Virus record (IMG/VR): IMGVR_UViG_3300028048_000054
Length of the DNA: 64,000 nucleotides
Reading direction: 5' to 3' (one strand)
DNA from: a virus
Lineage: Duplodnaviria; Caudoviricetes
Within the stretch, counting starts at the first letter, position 1; every line of letters starts with the position of its first letter. This document shows, in pieces, positions 1 to 7,631 of the stretch. A program made the position numbers and the translations under genes. A model generated the notes under the pieces. The model ran no database searches, had not been told where the DNA came from, and was given only the letters and a program-made list of their open reading frames with translations.

Positions 1-53
1 CCGACTCTGGTAGGGGATACGCCCCACTTCAAACCAGAACCGATTCCGCATTA

Positions 54-155
54 TCATAACAACCCTTTACTTTTAAGGACAAGTTCGTTGTATTTTACCA
101 CGCCATTAACAAACTTATCCATAAGTGTTGTTGTCTTTTTTACCATCTTTTTCAT
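54..155 (-). CDS. small basic hypothetical peptide (33 aa, MKKMVKKTTTLMDKFVNGVVKYNELVLKSKGLL)
   Basis: Read by hand (below the ORF-track cutoff). ATG at 155, GGGAG SD about 12 nt upstream, TGA TAA double stop. Confidence 0.5.
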   Translation of the reverse strand: MKKMVKKTTTLMDKFVNGVVKYNELVLKSKGLL

Positions 156-310
156 TATTTACTTCACTCCCTAATTAAGTTAAAACTTATGAGGATTAGA
201 TGGAACCTCTATACAATAGGTAAGTGCCGACCTAATAATTTTGGTGAGTAGGGAATTACACCATACTCAATATAAATTACCATACAGAAACATTTACATT
301 AACATCGTTG

Positions 311-859
311 TTATTCTTGTGTTATAAAAAAGTTACCATATTGTTGTAATTCTACTTCTTCTGGTTTGTCATCATATTTTATACGAACTTCATACCAATA
401 ATCCGCAATGTTTTTTAAATAGTCAGCAGTTATTAAATAATCTACAACATTTGATTTAAAACCATCAGATGGGTATGGGTCAACTTCTGGAGCAACCCAT
501 CTTTTTGTTTCATTAAATATTGCTATGGAATCATCAGCATTTTGATAAGGTAAAATAATAAACTGAACGTGCAGTCCTTCTAGATTGAGAGGTTCACCAT
601 CATCATCAATTAATTCCACACTTATAAGAGATGGTGTATTTTGAACAACGGTGATGTCTTTGTGGTCTACCCCATCCCAACTTACAGTTACTTGAGTTGC
701 GCCCTCCACATAACTTTGAAGAGCCAAAACTAAAAATGTATTATTTGGAGATAACTTGGCCCGTTTTTCAGCCTCATCTAATGCTTCTTGATAAGAGTAG
801 AACCTCTCATTCATCATATGGGCCACACCATTAACTGCAATAATCCAAAACTTTCTCAT
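311..859 (-). CDS. hypothetical protein with C-terminal BppU-like (baseplate upper) beta domain
   Basis: Start moved to MRKFW (AAGGTGG SD). DITVVQN...VELIDDDGEPLNLEG...YWYEVRI...YGNFFI resembles the BppU N-terminal-type fold. Confidence 0.45.
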   Translation of the reverse strand: MRKFWIIAVNGVAHMMNERFYSYQEALDEAEKRAKLSPNNTFLVLALQSYVEGATQVTVSWDGVDHKDITVVQNTPSLISVELIDDDGEPLNLEGLHVQFIILPYQNADDSIAIFNETKRWVAPEVDPYPSDGFKSNVVDYLITADYLKNIADYWYEVRIKYDDKPEEVELQQYGNFFITQE

Positions 860-867
860 ATACCACC

Positions 868-1113
868 TTAACAATTATCTTCTGTTATAATTGACTTATC
901 TTCTTCACTTTCACAACCAATATTTTCGGCATTTAAATAAGTGACCAAATCATTTAATTCACCTTCAGTGAGGGGCTCTGACAAATTAAATTTCCTTCCA
1001 CACCCACCATAATAACAAATCTTGATATAATCATCACCAATCTCTACGCTTTTTACAACGTCCTTGGTCATAATTAAATTTTTGATTTGTAAATAGTGGT
1101 TTGAGTATGTCAT
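868..1113 (-). CDS. hypothetical protein, paralogous to the N-terminus of 4546..5070
   Basis: 81-aa ORF in operon context; visible alignment with 4546..5070. Confidence 0.6.
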   Translation of the reverse strand: MTYSNHYLQIKNLIMTKDVVKSVEIGDDYIKICYYGGCGRKFNLSEPLTEGELNDLVTYLNAENIGCESEEDKSIITEDNC

Positions 1114-1168
1114 AATTTATTTTGTAATTGATTTGAATTGATTTTTGTTTCAGTTATATTTATTAAAA

Positions 1169-2221
1169 TTATTCAGTCGCAGGTAAATCGAACAATACAG
1201 TTGTATTAGTTCCACCAAAACCTTCGGTTACATCTGCCCACGAACCTATTACACTTTGTAAGTTTGACGGGAAATGTACTGTACAACCTGTTACACCTGG
1301 TAACATACGACTAAACTGATTTGTATAAGTACCAAAAGATGTAGATTTAAGAGCTGGAAATGAAACACTAGTTAATGATGGGCAATTATAAAAACAATAA
1401 TAAAAACACTCTCTTGCATCTATTGTATCTAATGAAGGAAATGTCATACTAGTTAAAGCAGTATTTGAAAAAGCACTATTTAATCCACGATATGCTACTT
1501 TCTTTAATGCTGGTAAAGACACGCTAGTTAAATTAACATTATCAGCAAGAACAACCTGAAACCCTTGACTATAGATATTAACTAAAGAAGGAAATCTAGC
1601 TTCTGTTATGTTACAAAATCTAAAAGCATAAGACATGCCTTGAGAAGAAACATTTTGTAAAGAATCAAAATTAATACTGGTTAGAGTTGAACAATTGTTA
1701 CAGACAGAATTTAATCCATTATCTTCTATATCAGTGACACGACCAAGATTTAAAGACGTTATTGATGTAAGTGCTAACATATCTTTCATCCCGCTATAGG
1801 CACTGACTGTTGTTAGTTTAGGAAAAGAGACGGAAGTTAAATTAGAACAACCGAGAAATGCTGCCTCTAAACATTCTCTTTTATTAACATCTTCTAAATC
1901 TGGAAAAGATACTGTGCGAATATCTGGATGACGAGCAAATTCGTACATCATACAATATTCATCAGCAAAACTTTTTAGTCCAGTAAAAATAATGTCGGCT
2001 TGAGTTGCTGGTTCATGATAGGCACCATTCTCATCAATATTGCCAAGTATATCATCTATAGTTATATTGTACTTTTTTCCGCCGCTAGGAATTGAATTAA
2101 TAGCAGTAGGCAAATTACTTAAATCTTGAGTTTGAGGTAAAGTGCCACCTTTACTACTTAATGCTGTATAAGCATCAGCCACCTTTTGTTGAGCATTTTG
2201 AATTGCAGTCGCTATACTCAT
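1169..2221 (-). CDS. BspA/LRR_5-type leucine-rich repeat protein
   Basis: About 25-aa repeats of type AFxxCxxLTSVSFPxLxxV. N-terminal SIATAIQ...AYTAL..KGGTLP...LPTAINSI helical anchor typical of phage LRR proteins. GGAG SD. Confidence 0.8.
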   Translation of the reverse strand: MSIATAIQNAQQKVADAYTALSSKGGTLPQTQDLSNLPTAINSIPSGGKKYNITIDDILGNIDENGAYHEPATQADIIFTGLKSFADEYCMMYEFARHPDIRTVSFPDLEDVNKRECLEAAFLGCSNLTSVSFPKLTTVSAYSGMKDMLALTSITSLNLGRVTDIEDNGLNSVCNNCSTLTSINFDSLQNVSSQGMSYAFRFCNITEARFPSLVNIYSQGFQVVLADNVNLTSVSLPALKKVAYRGLNSAFSNTALTSMTFPSLDTIDARECFYYCFYNCPSLTSVSFPALKSTSFGTYTNQFSRMLPGVTGCTVHFPSNLQSVIGSWADVTEGFGGTNTTVLFDLPATE

Positions 2222-2229
2222 AAATTCTC

Positions 2230-4254
2230 CTATAACGCATTAATAAGTGCTTCTATATTTCCACAAGTATCATAGAATAATTTTGCACTTACATATTCTA
2301 CATCTGTACTAGTATTAGAAACAGATGTTACTAATGATGATTTCCAATCTGGCCAAGTACTTCCTAATTGTTTTAATCTATACAAAGTAACATTTATACC
2401 TTTATCACCATTTAAACTTGGGTAAAAAACCTGAAGTGTTTGAAAATATCCTATAACTGTTCCACTAGCACTAATTGCGCTAACTTGACATAAATAATCT
2501 AAATTTAAATCTACACTTTGCATAGAATAATTAAATTTTACTCTATATAGTCCAGAATCAGTTAAATCATCTACATTAGGTAGTGGTAATGTTCTATTAG
2601 GAAATAATGTTGTATTTTCTGACCAAGATGGAGCATTATATACTTTAATTTCACTGCTTTCTTGAACGAGTAATGGTACCCATTTATAAGATTCTACAGT
2701 ACCAGAAAAACAAGTAAAATTGATTACATCTCCATCAACAAGATTATTGAATGTAATACCTAGGGAACTTAGTGTTCCTACATCAGCGGGAAGTTCTCCT
2801 AATACGTTGCCATTTGCATCTTTAAATGTGAATGTAACTAAATTATCACTTTCATTATACGTTAGATAACCATTAGTTACATTAGCATATGTTTCTGGTA
2901 CAACAGATTTTACTACCAGCCAAAACATTTCTGGAGTTGCAACAACTTTATCTGAATCAAATGTTACAGTTTCACTTGTTGTAGACTCTAATTTACATTG
3001 ATATAAATATCCATTTGTAAAATCAGATGTTGTAGTACCAGAATATAGTTTTACTTGACCTACATTAGAACTACTAGGTGTAGGCATCGTATCTGTTACT
3101 TCTACACTATTTCCAGAAGGTAATCTTTCTGAAAATATTTTGCCAGTATTTCCGTCTAATAAAGGCCATTCATATACTTGTAGCGTTTTGGCGGTGGCGT
3201 TAGTTAGTAACGCGGATGAAGTATTACCGATTTGTATAGCACCTACAGCGTTTGCAGACGTTCCTGCACCTATAGCTATAGCATAATTGGCCTCTGCCTG
3301 CGAATTGTAACCTACTAAAGTACATCTTTCGTGGTAGTGGTCATTGGCACTTGCGCCTAAACACACGGAACGCTGACCGCGAGCCAATGAACTCTTACCT
3401 ATAGACGTGCTATATGAGCCGCCCGCTTCGGCACTTGACCCAATGGCGGTGCTAGCGTAAGCGGTGGCACTCGCCGAATTATTAGACGCATTACCACCGC
3501 CGACAGCGGTCCCATACTCTCCAGCGCGAGCGTTTGCACCAACTGCTGTACTCCCGTTAATGCCGACAGAAGTATTTGCTCCAATGTTCAAACCATAATC
3601 GCTAGTCGCAGGCGTTCCCAAAATAGTAAGCGAGTTTGTGCCCGTAGCAGTATTTTCTAGCTTGTTATCAGTTACCCATTTAATAGCACCATCGGAATTA
3701 TCTTTTTGAATTAATTGTTTATTTCCAGTAGACCCTTTGTGAAAATTGGGTAACATAGCTTCTAATGGATAAATAGTATCTTCCATTAATATATCTTCAA
3801 TTTCAGCATCTCTTTCTATGCAGAACACCATATCTGTACCAATTAGATGATACCAAGCTTCATTAGCCTTATATTGCACTATTTCATATTCCCAAGTAGT
3901 ACCACTATCTGCATATTCTGCTGGTAAAATACCTATAAAATGTAATGGTGCTGTCGGTTCTTCAGACAAACTATCAAAATATGGTGCTTCTAATTCTATT
4001 TCACTTTCATCAATAGTTATTGTTGCATAAACAACATTATCTTCTTCGCAAGTAATTTTTTCCAACGGGTTAGTATTTTGCGGCGCACCACCTGCTTGAG
4101 CATTTAATGTTCCATCAGCTTCAACAGTAAGATTTTCACCAACTTTTATACCACCAAGTCTGTTGGCAGTAGCAGTAGGCAAAACGTAACTTCCGCCACC
4201 ACCAGAATTAGAAATAGAAAATGCACCTAAACTTTTAATATTATTTATTTTCAT
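2230..4254 (-). CDS. tail fibre/adhesin-like protein with YadA-head-like repeats
   Basis: YVLPTATANRLGGIKVGENL fibre motif. About 14-aa S/TAIG/AVG repeats (GSTAVGANARA, ASTAIGSSAEA, YAIAIGAGTSA). C-terminal knob-like domain ending W.DW. Confidence 0.65.
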   Translation of the reverse strand: MKINNIKSLGAFSISNSGGGGSYVLPTATANRLGGIKVGENLTVEADGTLNAQAGGAPQNTNPLEKITCEEDNVVYATITIDESEIELEAPYFDSLSEEPTAPLHFIGILPAEYADSGTTWEYEIVQYKANEAWYHLIGTDMVFCIERDAEIEDILMEDTIYPLEAMLPNFHKGSTGNKQLIQKDNSDGAIKWVTDNKLENTATGTNSLTILGTPATSDYGLNIGANTSVGINGSTAVGANARAGEYGTAVGGGNASNNSASATAYASTAIGSSAEAGGSYSTSIGKSSLARGQRSVCLGASANDHYHERCTLVGYNSQAEANYAIAIGAGTSANAVGAIQIGNTSSALLTNATAKTLQVYEWPLLDGNTGKIFSERLPSGNSVEVTDTMPTPSSSNVGQVKLYSGTTTSDFTNGYLYQCKLESTTSETVTFDSDKVVATPEMFWLVVKSVVPETYANVTNGYLTYNESDNLVTFTFKDANGNVLGELPADVGTLSSLGITFNNLVDGDVINFTCFSGTVESYKWVPLLVQESSEIKVYNAPSWSENTTLFPNRTLPLPNVDDLTDSGLYRVKFNYSMQSVDLNLDYLCQVSAISASGTVIGYFQTLQVFYPSLNGDKGINVTLYRLKQLGSTWPDWKSSLVTSVSNTSTDVEYVSAKLFYDTCGNIEALINAL

Positions 4255-4257
4255 ATG

Positions 4258-4536
4258 TTACTCCTGTTCTTCAATATGTAAGGAGCCATTTTCACATTTA
4301 ACATACAAATCATTTGCACCCTTTTTATAGCCACATTGTTCTTTTGTAACTAATAAAAGACCTTCGTCTTCAATAGGGTTTTGGTCTGTATCAATCAAAT
4401 TTACTGTAAAACCGCCTACATTTGTGATATAGTAATTTGTGTCTGCTTTAAAGGTAAATGTTGAACCTTTAGCAGCAGAAATTAAGTCTTCTACTTTTCT
4501 CCATTCTTTTTCTGTTTTAATATTTGCTATGTGCAT
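4258..4536 (-). CDS. hypothetical small beta-rich protein
   Basis: 92-aa ORF tightly packed in the operon. Confidence 0.6.
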   Translation of the reverse strand: MHIANIKTEKEWRKVEDLISAAKGSTFTFKADTNYYITNVGGFTVNLIDTDQNPIEDEGLLLVTKEQCGYKKGANDLYVKCENGSLHIEEQE

Positions 4537-4545
4537 ATTTAATTC

Positions 4546-5070
4546 CTATAATATATCTAATAAAATTTTTTTCCAAGTTGTACCGTCTGAAAAAGCGATA
4601 CAATCTCTATCTGTAACATACACCAATTTAAAAGCATATTCAACTGGGTCTGGTAATTCATCAAAGATATAAGTTTCAAGTGCTTTAGGTGCATTAATTA
4701 AATTTTCGAGAGTTTGGTGCTCGGCTTCATTTTCTTCTAATTTTTCTAGAAGACCATTGATGGCTGCAATAGGGTGTTGGTTTTCTACATCTAGGTTAAT
4801 AAGTTTTGAATGGTCATCTGTAGTCATATCTACTTGCTGGTCATCACAAGTATTTAATTCCAACAAATATTCTGCAATTTGTGCTGTTGACTTAACTTCT
4901 TTCATTTTGTACTTGTAAGCACAGCAGTCACCCTTTCTATATAAGTAAAGGATGTCACCCTCAAAATCTAGTTTTGAAACATATTTTTTATCAAAAATTA
5001 ACCCATCAATCCTCATATATCTTCTAGGAATATAAGTACTAGAGGATGACGTAGAACAGGAACAAGCCAT
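4546..5070 (-). CDS. hypothetical fibre-associated protein
   Basis: DHSKLINLD...QHPIAAINGL motif and C-terminal LVYVTD...AFSDGTTW motif, both seen in phage fibre proteins. GAGG SD. Confidence 0.55.
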   Translation of the reverse strand: MACSCSTSSSSTYIPRRYMRIDGLIFDKKYVSKLDFEGDILYLYRKGDCCAYKYKMKEVKSTAQIAEYLLELNTCDDQQVDMTTDDHSKLINLDVENQHPIAAINGLLEKLEENEAEHQTLENLINAPKALETYIFDELPDPVEYAFKLVYVTDRDCIAFSDGTTWKKILLDIL

Positions 5071-5081
5071 TATTAGACCTC

Positions 5082-5234
5082 TTAAATTTCTTCAATCGTA
5101 ACTTTATATTTCTTTGTTTTTTTATTTCCCGATTCCAAGTCTGCGGTTTCGGCAAACATTTCAAAGAGTGCTGGGGTATTGTTAATATCCTCTACACAAA
5201 AGTTAGACTCAAGTTCAAATTTGAATTTTGCCAT
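5082..5234 (-). CDS. small hypothetical protein (50 aa, MAKFKFELESNF...VTIEEI)
   Basis: Read by hand; fills the gap between neighbouring ORFs. Confidence 0.55.
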   Translation of the reverse strand: MAKFKFELESNFCVEDINNTPALFEMFAETADLESGNKKTKKYKVTIEEI

Positions 5235-5643
5235 ATCGTCTCTTAAAGTTTTTATTTTGGGTCACTATTTTAACAATCTCATCATAGTCAACTTCACACG
5301 ACCCTCTCTGATAAATATAGAAGTGTAAACCTATGTTCTCCAATTCAGATAATTGGACAGTGTGGTCATAAAAAACAGTAAAACCACAATCCAACGCACG
5401 TCTTAAATATACATCAGATTTATTGTCTGAAACCATTACTTTTAGCCCAGGAAGTGGCTGTATTTTATATAAATCGTCGTATGATGGGTTAAAAACTATG
5501 TAAACGTCTTTATTTTTATATAAATTTTCCATATTTGTTGTGTATATAAACAAAGAGTCGTCTCGGCCCAAGTAATTTTTGAGCATAGACGACATATAGG
5601 AATCATTACTTATAATACAAACTTTAATGCAGGATGGTTTCAT
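5215..5643 (-). CDS. degenerate response-regulator receiver-like protein
   Basis: KVCIISND / DVYIV / KVMVSD / RRALDCGFTVF..HTVQLSEL follows the REC (beta-alpha)5 pattern. Catalytic residues are not conserved. Confidence 0.45.
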   Translation of the reverse strand: MKPSCIKVCIISNDSYMSSMLKNYLGRDDSLFIYTTNMENLYKNKDVYIVFNPSYDDLYKIQPLPGLKVMVSDNKSDVYLRRALDCGFTVFYDHTVQLSELENIGLHFYIYQRGSCEVDYDEIVKIVTQNKNFKRRYGKIQI

Positions 5644-5645
5644 AC

Positions 5646-6920
5646 CTATAATATATACCCTTTTGCCTCCCAATAAATACCAATAGCGCTTGCGGAACCT
5701 GCAAAGATTTGGAAACTAGAAGTTGTTTTGTTTGCGTTATTTATTGTCCTTCTGTCGCCTAATGTAGTGGTGTACGACTCAGTTAAACTTAAACTGTAAT
5801 TTGTGTCTAAAAATGGCTTCGCGAGGGTGATTGTTTGTGTACCCGTAACATTAGTAAAAAAGTTACCCTGTTCACACCAACCATCACTGTAAAGTCTATA
5901 CCAGGCGGTTCCATTAGACCAAGTTTCTACAATATGTGGTATGGTTTTAAATGTGTTTGTATCCAGTAATCTAAGTGGTTCACTACACTCAAATACTGTT
6001 ATTTTGCCATTTACAGCAGAATATTTGCACACGCCACATAAAACACTAATTTCTTCCCAAACACTATCTACTTCACTAAAATTACGAATATAGAATTTAT
6101 TTTTTGTTGTATTAAACCATAGTGTATAACCAACTTTATTAGATGGTTCCCTGTCAGATTCAACAAAATATTTTATAAATCCCAGACCTGTTTGGGTAAG
6201 GTATGCATAATATTCCCCACTTTCATTAGTTGAATTTGATACAGTATATACAGAGGGTGTTGTATATTCTAAGTTTTTTAAAACACCACTGTCAGTTCTG
6301 CCGTTTGGAATTTCATAAGTAATTCCAGGAAAAGAAAAAATAGATGCACCGTGATAACTAAATCCATCAAATACTTGTAGAATTTCAACTATATTAGACC
6401 CATCTGTTCTGAAATATGCAAACGGAATAGACATATTTGTTGTCCAAGTTGTCCCAGTATCACCTGTAAATCGTATTGCATTTTCGGTAGTATTATAAAT
6501 TACTTCATATTGGTCATCAGGTGTCCAAGAACTTTTTGTTGTACAATCCCAAGATGCACTTATAAAAATAGTACCAGAATCAGGTATATAATGTAAAAAA
6601 CCATTTCCAGTCCACTCAACACCTGTATCACACGTTACATCATTAATAATTGTAATTTCATCAAAAACACCAACACCATTGGGAACATACACTTTACTGC
6701 CAGATTTTAATGTAATGGTGTGGTTAGATGTATTTAATTCAACATCTGCTTTTTTTGTAATTGATTTAATATAATTTGAAATGTATTGACCAATAATGTG
6801 AGTGTTCAGTGTAGATGAACTGACTTTACCAAGTGTTTTACCATCTTCACTTAGAGCCATCAAACTTGAATCACTAACGCTTGTTATTTCTGGTAATTCA
6901 TTTATTGATTTTCCAGCCAT
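5646..6920 (-). CDS. tail fibre protein with C-terminal gp53-like domain
   Basis: N-terminal KSINELPEITSV..LMAL motif. C-terminal IVETWSNGTAWYRLYSDGWCEQG...ITLAKPFLDTNYS...YWEAKGY. Confidence 0.75.
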   Translation of the reverse strand: MAGKSINELPEITSVSDSSLMALSEDGKTLGKVSSSTLNTHIIGQYISNYIKSITKKADVELNTSNHTITLKSGSKVYVPNGVGVFDEITIINDVTCDTGVEWTGNGFLHYIPDSGTIFISASWDCTTKSSWTPDDQYEVIYNTTENAIRFTGDTGTTWTTNMSIPFAYFRTDGSNIVEILQVFDGFSYHGASIFSFPGITYEIPNGRTDSGVLKNLEYTTPSVYTVSNSTNESGEYYAYLTQTGLGFIKYFVESDREPSNKVGYTLWFNTTKNKFYIRNFSEVDSVWEEISVLCGVCKYSAVNGKITVFECSEPLRLLDTNTFKTIPHIVETWSNGTAWYRLYSDGWCEQGNFFTNVTGTQTITLAKPFLDTNYSLSLTESYTTTLGDRRTINNANKTTSSFQIFAGSASAIGIYWEAKGYIL

Positions 6921-6922
6921 AT

Positions 6923-7258
6923 TTACTTACCTTGTTGTTCTTCAGTGTCTCTTCTTATTTCTTCAGCCAAATCTTCTAGTTCCTGTGCTCTTGCTTTAGT
7001 GAAGTCAGAGTATTCAGAATTTTCAGCCAAAATACCCTCACGTTGCCAACGATTCATACCATACTCAAATTCTTTTTTGGAAAGTATCTCTTGTTTAGTA
7101 GGAACGTGAATTTCATTTTTTACAATTTTATAAACACGAATACCGTCTTTACTAGCAACTTCTTCAATATGGCACCCATTTTCATTACACCAAATTGCAG
7201 CCTCAGGGGGGTATTTTCCTTCAAAAATCTGTCCCTCTTCGTATGTTAAATTTGTCAT
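6923..7258 (-). CDS. probable tail fibre assembly/chaperone protein
   Basis: Start at MTNLT (AGGAG SD). GQIFEGKYPPEAAIWCNEN...IEE motif; adjacent to the fibre gene. Confidence 0.55.
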   Translation of the reverse strand: MTNLTYEEGQIFEGKYPPEAAIWCNENGCHIEEVASKDGIRVYKIVKNEIHVPTKQEILSKKEFEYGMNRWQREGILAENSEYSDFTKARAQELEDLAEEIRRDTEEQQGK

Positions 7259-7280
7259 AAATAATTCTCCTATAAATTGT

Positions 7281-7367
7281 GGGGACACTGGGTAGTCCCC
7301 TTCACCGTGCTTTCTTTAGCCAAGCATTCAGATAGCTACTGGAACCATTCGCCCAGTCGAATCGAAG
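7281..7367 (-). ncRNA. candidate structured cis-RNA with kissing loops
   Basis: Stems AUUCG/CGAAU (loop ACUGGG), UGCUU/AAGCA and GGGGAC/GUCCCC (loop contains CCCAGU). The two loops are complementary. Confidence 0.5.
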
Positions 7368-7631
7368 TTATTTCAACTTCATTAAAATGTCTTCTAATTT
7401 AAGTACAACTACTTTCTGGTCTTCGATTTCAATTTCTACACCCAAAGTAGAGGGCCACACAACTTTATCACCCTTTTGTACTTTGTCACTTACATCATGA
7501 CTGACTTCTAAAACTGTACCAATGTAAGGTTTTTTCTTTGCTGTATCAGGAACGATGAAGCCATCTTTTTCTTGTTCAACTGTGCCTTCATCGACTTTTA
7601 CTACAATATACTCATTTAGTGGAATCATCAT
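7368..7631 (-). CDS. groES: co-chaperonin GroES (Cpn10)
   Basis: IPLNEYIVVK...GFIVPDTAKKKP..GTVLEV...VQKGDKV...GVEIEIED...VLKLEDIL is the Cpn10 signature. AAAGGAG SD before MMIPL. Confidence 0.9.
   Translation of the reverse strand: MMIPLNEYIVVKVDEGTVEQEKDGFIVPDTAKKKPYIGTVLEVSHDVSDKVQKGDKVVWPSTLGVEIEIEDQKVVVLKLEDILMKLK

Noticed and set aside
5646-6920. Diversity-generating retroelement target or invertible fibre cassette
   Set aside because: No reverse transcriptase, template-repeat copy, invertase or flanking inverted repeats seen in this window.
7270-7367. Possible tRNA or known ribozyme in the GC-rich gap
   Set aside because: No cloverleaf, no GTTCRA T-loop, no CCA end. The hammerhead core CUGAnGA is not matched. 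Kept only as an unknown structured RNA.
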